Positions 22,201 to 36,400 of a stretch of DNA of 64,000 nt are shown here, one piece after another. A program made the position numbers and the translations under genes. Source of the DNA: Mizuhopecten yessoensis (lineage: Eukaryota); contig NW_018408710.1 of the NCBI RefSeq assembly GCF_002113885.1, forward strand, positions 553,902-617,901, in the 5' to 3' direction. Below the pieces are notes generated by a model, which saw only the letters and a list, made by a program, of their open reading frames with translations, had not been told where the DNA came from and did no database searches. Numbering within the stretch: the stretch's first letter is position 1; each line of letters opens with the position of its first letter.

Positions 22201-25200
22201 GAAGTTTATTAATCTCAAGTGTGGGGATCGGTCTCTGTCGTTGGTATTAAACGTCCCTAGCCCTTCTAGTCTCTTCCCTCGCCGTCTCTTGCTCGTCTCT
22301 CCTTATCTCCTTTCTAGGTTATATGTATACCCGATTATGATCTATTGGTACGTTCAAAGGTGGTCAGTTGAGACTTGAAGATCATATTTATGTAATCCTG
22401 GATTCACCGATATACGTAACCAATTACACAACGTCGTAACATTGACTGTGTTACATTAATGGCCATGCTTCTGAATGTGCTGATATAAGTACATAATATT
22501 TACCATAAGAATACCGTTAAAATTTAGTGAAATATGCACCCGTTGTATATTGTCTTATCTTTTAATGTATTGACAGCTATTCTAGAAAGAAATCTCGTGA
22601 ACTTTTTGTTATAAATATATATAAAATATGCATTAAATATTCACGAAATATCAATTTGTTAATACTGAGCCCCTCCCCCTTATTGTCAAAGATATATGAG
22701 GAAAAGAACAGAATATGTCATGATTATGCTAATTAAAGTATTATGGCGTGAAAATATATTAAAAATGCACAGCGATTGGACAATATATGTAAATTTTCAA
22801 CTTCTCTTCCAAGGGTATTGCATTGATCAACGGAACACAGCTTATAGCCGGACTGGGCTCGGAAGGTAGGCAGAGATACAATTCAAAATTAACAGTTTTC
22901 CATTGACAAAATTGTGCATTTTTAAAAGAAAAAAAATGTAGTAATTGCAATGAAATAAGAAAATGTTTTGTCGTAACAATAATGTGATGTCCTAAGTTAT
23001 GTAATGTTACAGCGGTGGAGAGAGCTGAAGCTATCGCACGACAGGCGGATATCGTCGCGGCCTTCACCTTGGATGTCCTGAAGGGCACAACTAGAGCATT
23101 TGATAGCAGTGAGTCTATGGTTTAAATCAATATTACCTTCACCAGGTATACAATAGGTCATTCAACTCCGGATAGAACTAATGTTACCAATTTTCTTGAA
23201 GAAACATTTTATCATACGGGTCAGCATTAAAACACTTGTACAAAAGTTAGCATTTCTTAACCTTCATAATTTGATTGTGATAAATGCATCACTGAAATAA
23301 CTTTAATCTTTTTGGAGCTAATCGAAGTACAGTCTTTAATGAAGTACAGTCTTTTAGTTGTGGCTTTCATTCTATTATTGTCATGACACCATTTCCATTT
23401 TTTCTATGACCTCAAGTTATTGTGGTGTAGCGCAATTCAGTTTTTTTAATTTCTCATTTTTTTAATTTCTCATTAATGATATAAATATCTCTAAGAATTT
23501 ATAACTATTTTCTGTTTGGCAGACATACATGAGGTCCGGCCACACAAGGGTCAAATCAAGGTCGCCAGAAGACTACGATCGCTTCTCCACTCCGAAACAC
23601 ACCCATCCGAGATTGCTGGTACATATCTTAAAATGGATACCGTAAACGTGTCTAATGGACACAAGCATGTTCCTGCATATGATTTGAAACCAACCATTTA
23701 ATTCTATCATATTTTGTCAGAATTACCACTTATATTGGTGTGTTATGAAATGGATACTTGACAAATATATACAAGGAAATACAAAATCAATATAAGCACT
23801 GTGTTGATTTCGCCTTTTACATTGTAAGTGCTTTGTAAGCCATACTGTGTACTAATAGTCAAAGGCACGACACATTCAGCCGCATGACAGAGGGCTAATC
23901 GGGCAAAAGTTTGATGTAAATGTACGTCGAACGATTATCTGTACGCAGTTTTTAAAACAAAACAAAAAATACAGATTTATCTGAGGTTACGGGGTAATCC
24001 AAATGTTGTCATTCGTAATGTTACAAAAACATGTTAACAGTATAAAATTTTCAGTTTAAATTCTGGTGAATATATTTCTGTGTTACCATTTCAGCTAGCC
24101 ATAGATTCTGCGATAAGGTTCAGGACGCCTACACTCTTCGCTGTTGTCCTCAGGTAAACGTATAATGAAATAAACGCCTGGTGTTAATTTCACCCTTCTC
24201 AGTAGAAATACAGTACGTAAAGTAAACTGTGCAATGACATTCGCCATTGTAATGACTCATAACGGAAAGCGAAAAAAGGGAAAGTTAAACTTACAGGGAA
24301 CCATTAATTGTTTTAAAGTTATACCGTATAGCGAAATATAGAGCTTAATTTATCATTGTTAAATTATTTAATATATTTCAGGTCCATGGAATAGTGAACG
24401 ACACTATAGAATTTGTGAAGGGAATTCTTACAACGGAAATCAACAGTGCTACGGATAACCCCGTATCCATTTTCTCTAGCTCATATTTTAAAATGAGAAT
24501 TACGACATAAATACTTAACTGTATGCAGAGACCACTCAAAGGAAATCTAAAATTTTCTATAATCAGAGAGTGTCTTCAAAAAGAGTATACATATATAAAC
24601 TGCTTTTAAGGGGTGAAAAATTGTGGTGTCATTGATTATTTTATTGTTAATAAGGGGTGGTCCTATGAGCAGAGACAACCGTATTTGAACTGTATGGAAC
24701 ATTTCTGAGTTTTATGTGTTGATACTGAAAGAGATTTTATATTAAATTGAATTGAATTAAATGTGATATTTATATCTATGAAGAAACTACTCCTTAAACT
24801 TGCAATAGATGGTTTTTGCTGATATTGAAGAAATCATATCAGGGGGAAATTTCCACGGAGAATATCCAGCAAAGGTATGATAATACTATATATTTTCACA
24901 AATTAAATCTTGCAGTTCCAATTTTAATAGATTATCGGCGCACAAAGAGCATTCATTAGTCGATTCGGTACCCCCGTTCATTTTCTAATACTCCTAGATT
25001 GTGTGACATTGTATAATCAACTCTCTTATACCTAATTGTTTAAGGCTCTGGATTACCTTGCCATTGGTGTTCATGAACTCGCAAATATGAGTGAACGGCG
25101 TATCGAGAGACTTGTTAACCCAGGTAAGGTATAACGTACCATACAGAGAGACTCCGAGAGAAATCCCGGTGAAAAGTTCACTATTTCTGCTTAATCCTGC

Positions 25201-27634
25201 TACGCTCCTTATGTCAGATCTGTATGTTATAAGACTTAAAGAATTATTTTAATTTTTAATTTTCAAATTTGCGATGGATAATTACCATGGTTTATTTTAA
25301 TATCACTAGTCACATTTCGGTTAAAAGTGTTTTTTGTGCAATGCACATATAGCACCGTGGTTTCATAGTAAAACGTTTATTTGAGTTGTTTTCATTATTA
25401 TAATAAATTATACAAAATGCCAACAACAACTTATGTTATTGGAGGTTTAAAATTGAAAATGTTTTTTTCCAGCTTATAGTGAGTTACCAGCCTTCCTAAC
25501 ACCTGACGGCGGTCTCAACTCGGGCTTCATGATTGCCCACTGTACTGCCGCCTCCTTGGGTAAGGTTAATGCAATATAATTTAATCGTATGCATATTCGT
25601 TAGATTGCTACAGATAAAAGAGAAATTGCCATTTTTATAAATTTCCTAAGTACAAGACTAAGTATCTAAACGTAATTAATGTGTCTTACCATGCTATCGA
25701 GTATTTTGGATATCGAATGTGAACACAAACAGTGATTAGCCGAATATCCCTCTTACCTAAAACATGCAATTATGTCCTGGTTTACATGAAATATATTTCT
25801 TTAGCACGAGCTGCATTTATCTGTATTTAATATCTATCGAAGTAACTTTTCATTTAAATTTTTCACTAGTCTCTGAGAACAAGGTCTTGTGCCATCCGGC
25901 GTCTGTCGACTCATTGACAACGAGTGCGGGGACGGAGGATCACGTGTCGATGGGAGGATTCGCCGCTAGAAAATGTCTGCGTGTAGTTGAACATGTTGAG
26001 CAAGGTATGGGACTCCTACGCCATGCTTTTATACATAATTTTATTCCCTAGCACTAAAAAAGTGAACCATTGTATTAGATTAAAGGATAGGAAATAACTT
26101 GCTTCTCACAACAAAACTTAAATTTACGCCCAGATTTGATCACTTCTATCGTGAATTTTTTGTTTTTGTTTTTAATATTTTCAGGAATTAGAGGAATTTG
26201 TGAAATCAGACAACTTTGTCAGGTTTTCATATAGATTATTCTTGGAAACATAGAGCATCAAATGATAATGGTTATACACCTTGAGGAGAAATAATAAATC
26301 TGTTCAAGAGCGTACTCTACGGTTACCAAGAGAACGCAGGCGTTTCTTCAGTTTATTATTGGGTATGTTAATATATAGCGTGAAGATATCAAATATTTTG
26401 AAAAAGAAACAGTTTTGAGGAAATAATGTCAATATTTATCAAAAGTTCTTTTGAGATTTTCTAAATCAATATTCTTTGAATACCACAGCTGGGATATGCA
26501 ACAATTTAATATTTTCAGAGGTCTAATACCCCGGTAGATCTGATACATTTATGTTTTTTCCGAATCTATACGTGTGATATTCGAGTTATCCTATTTTTAT
26601 GTATGCGTTGTTTATAATCAAAAATTACCTAAATGCAATGACTTTATTATTGTTTAATAATTATATAAACATCATCCGTTAATTAATCCAAAAGGTTTTA
26701 TAGACTTGTTAATATGATATTGCTTTTGAACGATAACGTTCTATTATAGTAACACCAAAGTAGGGTGATAATTAAGTTATTAAAAGCCACGACAATGTCA
26801 TTTTGAATTTAGCCATATGGACCTTACTTTTCATTGTACGAAACCATGACATGATTCTATCAATTGTGTACCAGTGCTGGCGATAGAATTATTAGCAGCA
26901 TGCCAGGCGATCGAGTTCTTGCGGCCGTTGAAATCTACTCCTCCACTTGAAGAAGTCTACAAGTTGGTTCGAACTAAAGTTGGGTAAGGTTATTATATAG
27001 ACACATACATCAGTGACCAAATCATAACCGTTATTTTGCAGTTGTGTGAATTTATTTTTTCATGAAAAAACCGCTTATAATGGCTGATATTGCGATATTT
27101 CACAAATACATCGAAGCAATATTTTTCGCAAAATCAAGTCTAATTTTACAATTTTGTATTCAAAATTCAGACCCTGGGATAAAGACCGCTACATGACACC
27201 TGATATTGAATCTGTGACGAAGATGTTACAAGAGGAACAGGTAATAGAATTTAGTTCAAAGTGGTGTTATCGAATTAATGATATATTTAATGCTTCACAC
27301 CGAATTGCTTGAACAATTTTTTCATAGTAGACATGAAAAAATACTTAATATACGCTTTTCTGATTTCTTATCGAAATCTTAGTGCAAATGACAATTTTGT
27401 GCTTTAATTGACACAGAAATAAATTATTGAAGGAAGTACGCACATCCGCAAACTAATATAAATCAGATGAACAATAACGTTTTATCCTAGGTTTGGAGAA
27501 AGGCAAAACCAATGATGGATAACTACCATTCTCTCCAGTCTATTGAAACTAGAGTATTCTCCCCAACCACCAGTGGCCCCGATGCACCTCCTCCAGCGAA
27601 GAGAAGGAAAACGTCGAGTATGTCGCGACGTTAG
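16281..27634 (+). CDS. HAL: Histidine ammonia-lyase (histidase), complete, 22 coding exons, 656 aa
   Basis: Exons: 16281-16512, 17069-17135, 18821-18851, 19409-19483, 19740-19812, 20130-20196, 20360-20397, 20941-21066, 21545-21684, 21872-21919, 22814-22865, 23013-23108, 23523-23618, 24095-24153, 24382-24462, 24809-24874, 25045-25123, 25473-25559, 25870-26004, 26875-26983, 27171-27240, 27491-27634 (1971 nt, in phase). N-terminal Par3/HAL-type domain ([12 protein letters not shown]), [12 protein letters not shown]-forming [37 protein letters not shown]. Confidence 0.97.
17136..18820 (+). other. U12-type (minor spliceosome) GT-AG intron, HAL intron 2
   Basis: 5' site GTATCCTTT matches the U12 consensus. 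Branch-like TTTTCTATGAC ends 10 nt before the AG with no pyrimidine tract. The 31-nt exon that follows restores frame. Confidence 0.85.
17290..18435. repeat. 26-bp minisatellite, about 44 units, inside HAL intron 2
   Basis: Unit CACTATATGTGGCACCCGTCATTGGG with variants. It produces the 26-aa periodic spurious ORFs. Confidence 0.95.
21930..22080. repeat. About 78-bp tandem duplication ending in poly-T
   Basis: GAATGTATAAC...AACAATTAATAAC...AGAGATAAATTGAAG(T)n occurs twice. Confidence 0.7.
24463..24808 (+). other. Probable U12-type GT-AG intron, HAL intron 15
   Basis: 5' site GTATCCATTT (one mismatch to GTATCCTT). Branch TCCTTAAAC at 24791, about 9 nt before the AG. Flanking exons DNP|MVF are in phase. 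Confidence 0.8.
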
Positions 27635-27787
27635 TTAGTGTCCTGGTGCCGCAACATCACACACAGAGATGTAAATTGGAGATATGACATGTTGTCAAAT
27701 TGCATTATTTTGAACTGCAGAAAATTATTGACAAATCACTTGTTAAAGTAGAAATTTCTGTTTAATTGCAGATTGAAATTCAGTGTT

Positions 27788-27793
27788 AATAAA
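27788..27793 (+). terminator. Candidate HAL polyadenylation signal
   Basis: AATAAA about 150 nt after the stop codon. AT-rich context makes it weak evidence. Confidence 0.35.
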
Positions 27794-30455
27794 AAAATAA
27801 TATAATGTGTATCCGTGGTTTATTCCATAATCACGAATCATGAAGAATGTACCATAAATTTCAAAACATATCATAGTATACCCATGATACCATTGTCACG
27901 CAATATGTAACATATACCTCGATGTATGAAGTGGTATCTACCATAATTGCTAATTATGTCCGTGGATTGTACAATTATGTACTATGTATCTCGAAGTATG
28001 TTTGTAATGTCGAGAGAATTGGAGTGGGATGTATGTAGTTCTGATCATTCTGTGAGTGCGACTTTGAAAGGTGATGAGACACGCGTGTAAGATATGAATC
28101 TGTCTTTGTATATGACAGAATAATTTGTCTTGTTGTTTTGTGCAGCATTTGCGATCACGAACTCTTTTCAATTGTAATTTCTAAATCAAATATCAGGATG
28201 CTTGCATCATAATATCATAAAAATACGTATCTCTTTTGATTTTCCAGGGAATAAAATCTATAGTACAGGTTTGGTTTTTGTGCGTTTGTCATCTTTGAAA
28301 TGTAGTGAAATGCCTTTAAACATCCCTTTTCATATAAATGAAATTGTGCACATTTTCTTTTTGGATATATGAAATTGTTTGCATAATTGATTTCTATCGA
28401 AGAATGTTTAAACATAAATTTGATCCATGTACAATGTATACTTGAAAGACTGGCAACTTAATATATTTTTACAATTATCATAGTCCTCTTATTCAGCTAG
28501 TCATATGTCCTTAGCTTTCCAGAACTTGTGAACAGGACAAGAATTTCAAAGCTGAAAACAATATCCTGTGCTGAAAATCGCACCATGCTGAGAACCGTTT
28601 GAAGGCAGTTAACTCAAATTAAGAATCAATTCTAGTTAACTCCCCTTGTAAGGACACTATGATCATGATTCGGACTCAAACTCTCCGTTTGATATATATA
28701 TATATAAACAAATGCATTGCGGTCCATCCCTTTCAACTTGGTAATCGCCACAAAAGAAAACCCCACCTAACTTTATGGGAGATAATTACGATTTAATCTT
28801 TTTCATCTTCTAACATGATAATTAACAATCTTTTAACTTCACCAGTGTTGCATATGTATAGGTAATTTGATCAAATTGTTGCATCGGGTTGTTTTTCCGG
28901 AAACTTATTTGTGAGTAGTCCCGTATATTTCCACTGTGTGTTTTTATTTCCCATGTGGGTTACCACGTGATTTGGTGTTTAAAAAATCTTAAATAACAAC
29001 GGCAGGCAAGTTCAGATATATATATAATAAGATTATTTGAGTCGCATGATAAAGAGACAGCTAGTTACATATATCCATGCATTTCAGTAGCAATGCTGAA
29101 TAAAGATTAATATGTTTATTAAGTACAGGCCATTAACTCCTTCCTCAAATACTTTAAGTTGACGAGTACATGGCAGATGCGAGTCTCTCGAGATCAATCA
29201 CAGAAGTCATCTTACATAAAGTATCATAAAGCCTAACGTCTCAGATTCTAAACCTCCCCTGACTTAAGAAGAATTTGTAGGTTCATAAATCCATATAGCA
29301 TATGGTGACCTTTGATCTCTGATAACTATTTAAAATATGCATTTCCGCTTACAAATTTGGCGGAAGTTGTGGAATATTAATGTCTATGTTATATTTTGAA
29401 AGGTTATTGTAGTTACAAAGTTAACGAATCAGAGACCGTGACAATCGTGTTGGATTAAGGATCAAACGAAAAATATATATAAAAAAATTGTCGGTGGGAT
29501 CATCATTGAAAAACGTATCAATAGTTTGAAGTGGCATAGAAGAACAAGAGAGACAGACTTGATGTAAGAATCATGGTCGAATTTTCATAAAGATCAACGG
29601 AAATTATCAAAGTGAAAGAAACATCAATAAAGACATCAAACTCTTTGTTTCAATAATTTCTATTCACGACAAACTGTTTTCAAATGATGGAAAATAAAAA
29701 CGTTAAACAAAATTAAATAGTGACCTATGACTCAATAGCAAAAACTTCATGGTGGCCATTTTTCTTATAACATTACTTCATTAAAAATTAGCTCCGGTCA
29801 AAATGTATAAATTATGTAATTGTATGAATGTAGTATAATGATTACATTCGGGCAAAGATTATCAACAACAAAAACACACACACAAAATAAATAGGTGTCA
29901 CACAATAGCAAAAGGTCACAATTATGAAAATAGAAAAATGATACAAACCATCGTCCTTTGCTTTTTTTGTCATAAATTATGTTTAGTAAGATAGGAGCGT
30001 TCAGTAAATGTTCTTGTCGTCTGTTTGTGCAACAAGGAGGCCGCCAATAAAATTGGATAATGATTGCGTAAACTTAGGAAGGACGTGGCGATACACGACA
30101 ACTTGAAAGGAAGTGCTAGGAAAACCGGATGTACAAGAATACTCAATTCAGATGAGTTTCCTAGAACTATTGCTCTGCTGTTGTTTATGAAAGCAGCTTT
30201 TGAATTATTAGCCTGTAACAAAATGTTGTCCGAAATGACATTGCCTGAACAGCCAACACTTATTTATTAATCTTTGAATTTAAAGGATTGTTTTAATTTT
30301 GAGGGCTATAAGTACATATATAAGATCAAACCTAAGGCAGTATCTAGGTATGTTCATGTGGGTCTTCCTACGAAAGCATGCTTGGCCAAGGTACAGTCAA
30401 TTCATTAATACTTTATGTCGATGAACTGACGTGAAACACAGCATACTCTCAGGAA

Positions 30456-33400
30456 TCAACAAGTGGACAGGACATGTTCCATCCTCTTCAAACCTACAAT
30501 GGGTAATACTAAAATTTAAATAGATAAAACACTTTTATATGTTCAACTTTCGAATTAAATGTTCAAGTTAACAACATGAACCAAAATATTTCATTTTCTA
30601 ATGCGAAATGAAATAAAAGGATAAAGTGTCTTATAGACCAACCGGTTAATTGATACACCTGGGATACACTTGACCTAGGGGCATCATACACCAAGCAGTC
30701 GATTATCAGCATGACTTTTGAAACCAGCCTTATGACATTTACTTTTTTTTAAACTCCGACCTTTGCTCCGCATTGTTAATGAGATTTCATGAATCTAAAA
30801 ATACTATGAATATATGTACCCTTTACATGGTCATTGCTAATATTTATCTAACTATGATAAGACGTTGTCAGTCTGGATGATATGCCAATATAAGTGTTTC
30901 TTCAAAAGCAAAGTAAAAAATTAAATATAATGGATCTGTATAAGCTGTTTGCTTTTTACGAATGTTTTTGTCATGCAACTTCTGATATGATAATTTTGAA
31001 AATTAAATTGATAAATTAGAATAGATACTGATTCAATTAAAGTCACCTTCTATCACGTGGTCTTTGTAAGTGGTGAAGGTAAGACGAAACCATCCGGGGT
31101 AATGGCAGAACATTTCACTACCAGGACACAAGTACACTCCGCCTTGTAGTATCTTTTGGAACAAGGCGATTTCCTCTTCAGTTGTCTTGTTTGGTAGATA
31201 CTACAACATAAATACGTAATAATATGTTTCACTGAAAACATATTTGTACTCTGATGAAACTATTGCCTGTTATAAGAAAATAATGTTTTTACAGTTTATT
31301 AAAACAGTAACGATGAAAGTATGACTATGAAGAAAACCTTCCTTATCATTTAACCTCAACCTATATGACCACAAATCTATTTTTAGTGAAGCATGTCTAC
31401 TTCAACCAGCCAGAAGTTAGAAATACAAATACCACATCAAACATTGCGGTTAACCACGTTATCACTTTTTATGTTGTCTGTGTTTTAAGTTATACGATAT
31501 AACCTAAACAATATAACATTGGGGGAAAAGCCAAAATAAAATTATTATCTGTTATTCGAACCTAGTTCTAATACATACAGACCTTGGTTAGTTTCATCCA
31601 GATGTAGTTTCCGGCGGTTCCTTTGTAGACTGGTATCCCAAGCTTTTCTAAACCAGCACGCGCGATTTCAAAATTTTCTCGAAGACGCTTTTGGTATATA
31701 GGGAAGTAAACTGTGTCGAGCCATTCTGAATCGAAAACGGATTTAAAAGTCTGTGTTGTTTGTAATGTGTGTTATCATTCTCAAGGAAACAGGAGAATAC
31801 AAGATTTATAAGTTGTTGTCTCCCTACTTCAGTAGTCAATATTTGATCATCAAGATCCTGCTTTCCTACAGTAAAAGGGCAGTGTTCTTTTCCATGTTAG
31901 ATCGTAGACTAGATTTTTAATTTGTTATATAAACCTATTAATATTTATAAATGTTCGGTGAACTTACCTGTGTCAGAAATAATGCCATTTAAAATGATCT
32001 GAACAGGAGCAGGAATTGTGCAGAACATGGAAACTTTTCGAAGGTAATCCAGTAGTTGTGTATTTGGGGTGTATATCATCCCACATCTGTATCCTGACAA
32101 TGACAGATCCTGCAGACAGAATACAGTTATAAGGTGAACAAAACGATTAGGCTACTTCAGTTGATAACTTGATAACTACCTATGATAATGATATCAAATA
32201 CTTGTTTTGCTGTATTCCAAAATGAGGTTGGTACATTTTTATTTTGATAGTAAATACCTTATGATAAAAGTTAAGACAAGATATTATTTTTGAACAGATA
32301 GATACACACTAACCTTACTGAATCCCCACAGGAAGTGTGTACGATTCGGATCAGGAATATCACACTGAAGTACACTGGTGAACTGTGGTTTGTCGTAACA
32401 CGACAGAGCATATATTTCGTCGACAATGATGTGGATTTCTTTACTACAACAAAATATATACAACGCATCCTTTACTGAACAGAAGTTAGGGAAAATTAGG
32501 ATGGAAATAAAAACGTCTCGATATAGATAAGCTTAAAACAGAGAAACCTGAACAATGAACATACGATGTTTTTCTATTGTACACTCCAGAATTAATATCC
32601 AATATCATTAAAATATACAGCTTAATATTTAACATAAAATTAGAAAAACATTAAAAAACAATCACGGAGTGTCTAGATCAGATTAAAAATAATACAGCAA
32701 TATTCCTATTTAAAACCTTGCACAAAAGTCCAGTAGACTGGAGACGTCGGCTTTCGTGTAAACCTTTCCTGTAGGATTTTGAGGATTACACAGTATAACC
32801 CCTTTCACGGTGTGACCCTGCAAGAAAAGAACGATTGTTTTCAAAGATGCAGATGACTATTTTTTTTATCATGTGCATATAATTGTAATAAAAAAATCAT
32901 TGTTATCAAGATCATAATGATATAAATAAATTTGACACGGAATGGCGTAAATAAATCAAACTGGTGAATATTGAACATATGTTCATCAAATTTGAAGAAA
33001 AGACGATTTTGAATTCCAAGTTCCCCAAAAAACTTTATCAAACCCCGTTATTTAATTACCTCGCTTACAGCTTGTTTATAGTACTTTTCAATGATACTTA
33101 TATGGAATTCGGCTGCATCTCCAGTGTCACACTCCTGGAAAAAATAATATATGAAGTATTATATTTTCGATTAGGTGACATTAAGGATCCGTGTACCACT
33201 GCCTAAACTTTTAAAAATAAATATCAATGTTTTTTGCCATTGATGACAATAGCTTTTATATATCATTTTGGTAGGGAAACTCATACCTGCGGGAGCTTTG
33301 ATAAAAATAAAATAAAGATGAAATAACCAAAAATGAAATCAACAACTTTGTGAAGAGAGTAGCGCCACTACAGTTGTATCCAGAACGAAATAAATGTGAG

Positions 33401-36400
33401 GCTAATGCAGTGGGGAAGGATCCTTAAAATAATATTATTTATGAATTATTTTTCGTATTAAGTTAGTGCATATCTCTTACATGCGGTATTTAAAACTTAA
33501 TTCATTAAAATAGATAATTAAACAACATATACCATGACATGGAATTGCATTAGTGGAAATGCTTTGATTGGTAGATTTATAATTCTCAAGTAGGTGATAC
33601 CTCAAACATTGGAACTTTGTAGAAACGAACGCCAGCCACATCTCCTATATCGTTAAGGAAACGTCCAAAGGAGGGCGTTGGACACAATATGGTATCTATG
33701 GATATTGAAGGAGAAACACTGTAAAATCAGAGATGCTGGCTTTAAACGGACCACAATTACAATGTCTTTAAACGTAAAATGAAAAAAGCCAACACAAATT
33801 AACAAGTTAAAAGTAAAATGTCATTCAGTTAAAATGAAAACTAGCAACTAAAACTTAATGAGTAAAATCGAAATATCAACCAGTTGCATACCTAAAACAT
33901 ATTAACACGTCAATTTTAAGCTGAATTGTTACTGTCATGGACATATTTATTTTTAATAGTTTAATCAAAGACTGATGATTTATGCGAATCCCGGTAACTT
34001 GGAGCATACTAACAAGTAAGCGAAACTCTAAGCGGCCTTTATCGCTCATGAAGTATTTTGCGTTTGAAATATAAATGCTAAAATGCTGGAGTTAAAATGG
34101 ATTGCATTTCTTCTCAACTAGATTGACATTTAACCAGTCAAGATGTTCAGCCTCAAGCCACGTTAGAAGGAATATATAGTTTGATACTGTTCCTTTAGAT
34201 GAGGGTTAAAGATATTGTTTAGTATCACTTAATATTAGGACTTTTTCAAGTTAATTGAGACAAATATCACGACTGTATTATTATCATTATTTTGTTTTTA
34301 ATTTAACATCAGTGATATTGAACTTGGATAAAATGAAGTTTTAAACGATCTGAAGAGAATCCAAAAATCACAATTCTATTCCTCAAATTTCATTAGAAAT
34401 TGTTTGAAAAATTTACTATATTTGACAGTCTGCGTTGATTGTAAGTAATAAAGGCAAACAAGTTCATAAACCTTCATCCCAGCAATTGCATGCAACAAAT
34501 CAACACTATAGGTGTCTGGGTTCGTTTGAAAATGCTGTTTAACTATGTATGTTTTAACACAATTGACCTTGAATAATACAATATCAGTCAGGTTCATTTA
34601 TCTATTAAAGATATATGTTGATACTGCCTTTTCGAAAAATTACTGGTCAAATACCAGTATGAATAGCGTATTTGTTCATATGTAAATGTCGTTTGAAAAA
34701 ATAAAACACATGCTACCTATTATACTTATCTAACTATGATATGATTTTATCATCTTTGCCGATGGTGACTTTATTTTCCAGCGAAGATACTTTTTGATAT
34801 CCCTACCGCACATAATCTTTGTTCAAGTACATGTAACACACAACCTGGACAACTATGACGTCGCCAGTTACATTGTAATAGTTTGTAGTAACCTACCGCC
34901 TTCATCTGCGATTGCCAGTGCTACAGCGTTAAGTATAGCGGTAACTCCATCAAGTAGGATTATCTAAAAGTAAAAAGAATGTGACTCCAACTATATTGAC
35001 AGACAGCGGTACTGGGTATCTAGCAATAACACACAAATATTGGAATAGGAAGATTTGTGTACTATTAATTAAGGTGGTGTCTATTTAAATAAATCATATT
35101 GTTGGATTTATGGTACATTGGTCCCCAACTTTTCATCATTTTATAAACAAAGGATATCTAACATATGATTACGGAATATGACTAACTCCAGCCTCTATCT
35201 GAAGGTTATACTTGAGACAAAAACATGTTATTGTTATAAAAATGTTAATAGATATAATATGTACAATAGTAATTACACTGCGCTATAAAGCTGTTTCCTT
35301 CTGTGTCTCAATGGTGATGCTGGGGACCAAAAGAAGCGGGAATATAAATTCCATAATAATGTTGAAACAGAATGGGAGATCGGGTCCGTAAAACAGCTTA
35401 ATTATATGAATTCCTAAAGTTTGAGGAGTGCTGGTTCATTTCGAAATAACTGTGAGTAAAATGTGTATATCATGAGCTTTGTCGCTACTCAAACGAGATT
35501 AATTGTGACCATCAAGTTACGGCAACCCTCGGGTATCTTAACAGATAAAAAAGACACCAATATGTGATCGCACCTATACAAATTGGTAATAGAGATTGTA
35601 CGCCTAAAACAAAAGTAATCAAGCTGTTTCGTCCTTCTAGGACTTATCGGTGATGTAAGGGACCAAAACGGTGGAAATCAAAATCGGTCTAAACAACTGT
35701 TGTAGTTGAAATATAGTAACGAGACTGAACATAGATTATAATCAATACTCCGTAGTCGGACATCTGATATATTCATAAACTATTACAAGGTGACAACAAT
35801 TCATAAAGAAATTTAAATAAGGTCAATGTCAGCATGCATTTTAATAAAGTGATATATCAATATGTATTTAGATAGGATACATCAGTATATATTTCAAAAG
35901 GGGGAATATCCGAACCGACATTACGGATGAACGTAATGTGAAGACCGATTGCGAAAATAAATATTTTCCAAAATAGAATATAATTGCAGATCGCTTACTA
36001 ATTGATATAAAGACTAATGAATTTCTACATCATGCTACTAATGTAAATAATTGTACGGTGTAAATACAAAAATAAAATAGTCAAGAAAGAAAGAAGAAAA
36101 ATTGATAAATAGATATACCTTTTCAGGATCAAGAGGCTTTGGCAGTTCTAACTTAGTTGCCAAAAACTCGCCAATGCTTCGACGTAGTCTGTAACATCAA
36201 ATGTTGTTTTAAAATTAAGTTTTTACACGAAATATTGTCAAACATGTTGATAAACCTTCACTTCTACATTCAAATACCATGCTAATATTACAACTTGACA
36301 ATATGAACAGAAGCTAACATTACCATTTTGGTGTTTTAACCTTTGTTAGTTTCCCATCATCAATAAAACCATGCCGGTCAAGTACATGTTTGTTGCAAAC

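Noticed and set aside
27950-30300. Short ORFs between HAL and ACCS-A, and similar 60-120 aa ORFs in introns throughout
   Set aside because: No recognisable motifs or supporting splice structure; expected by chance in AT-rich DNA.
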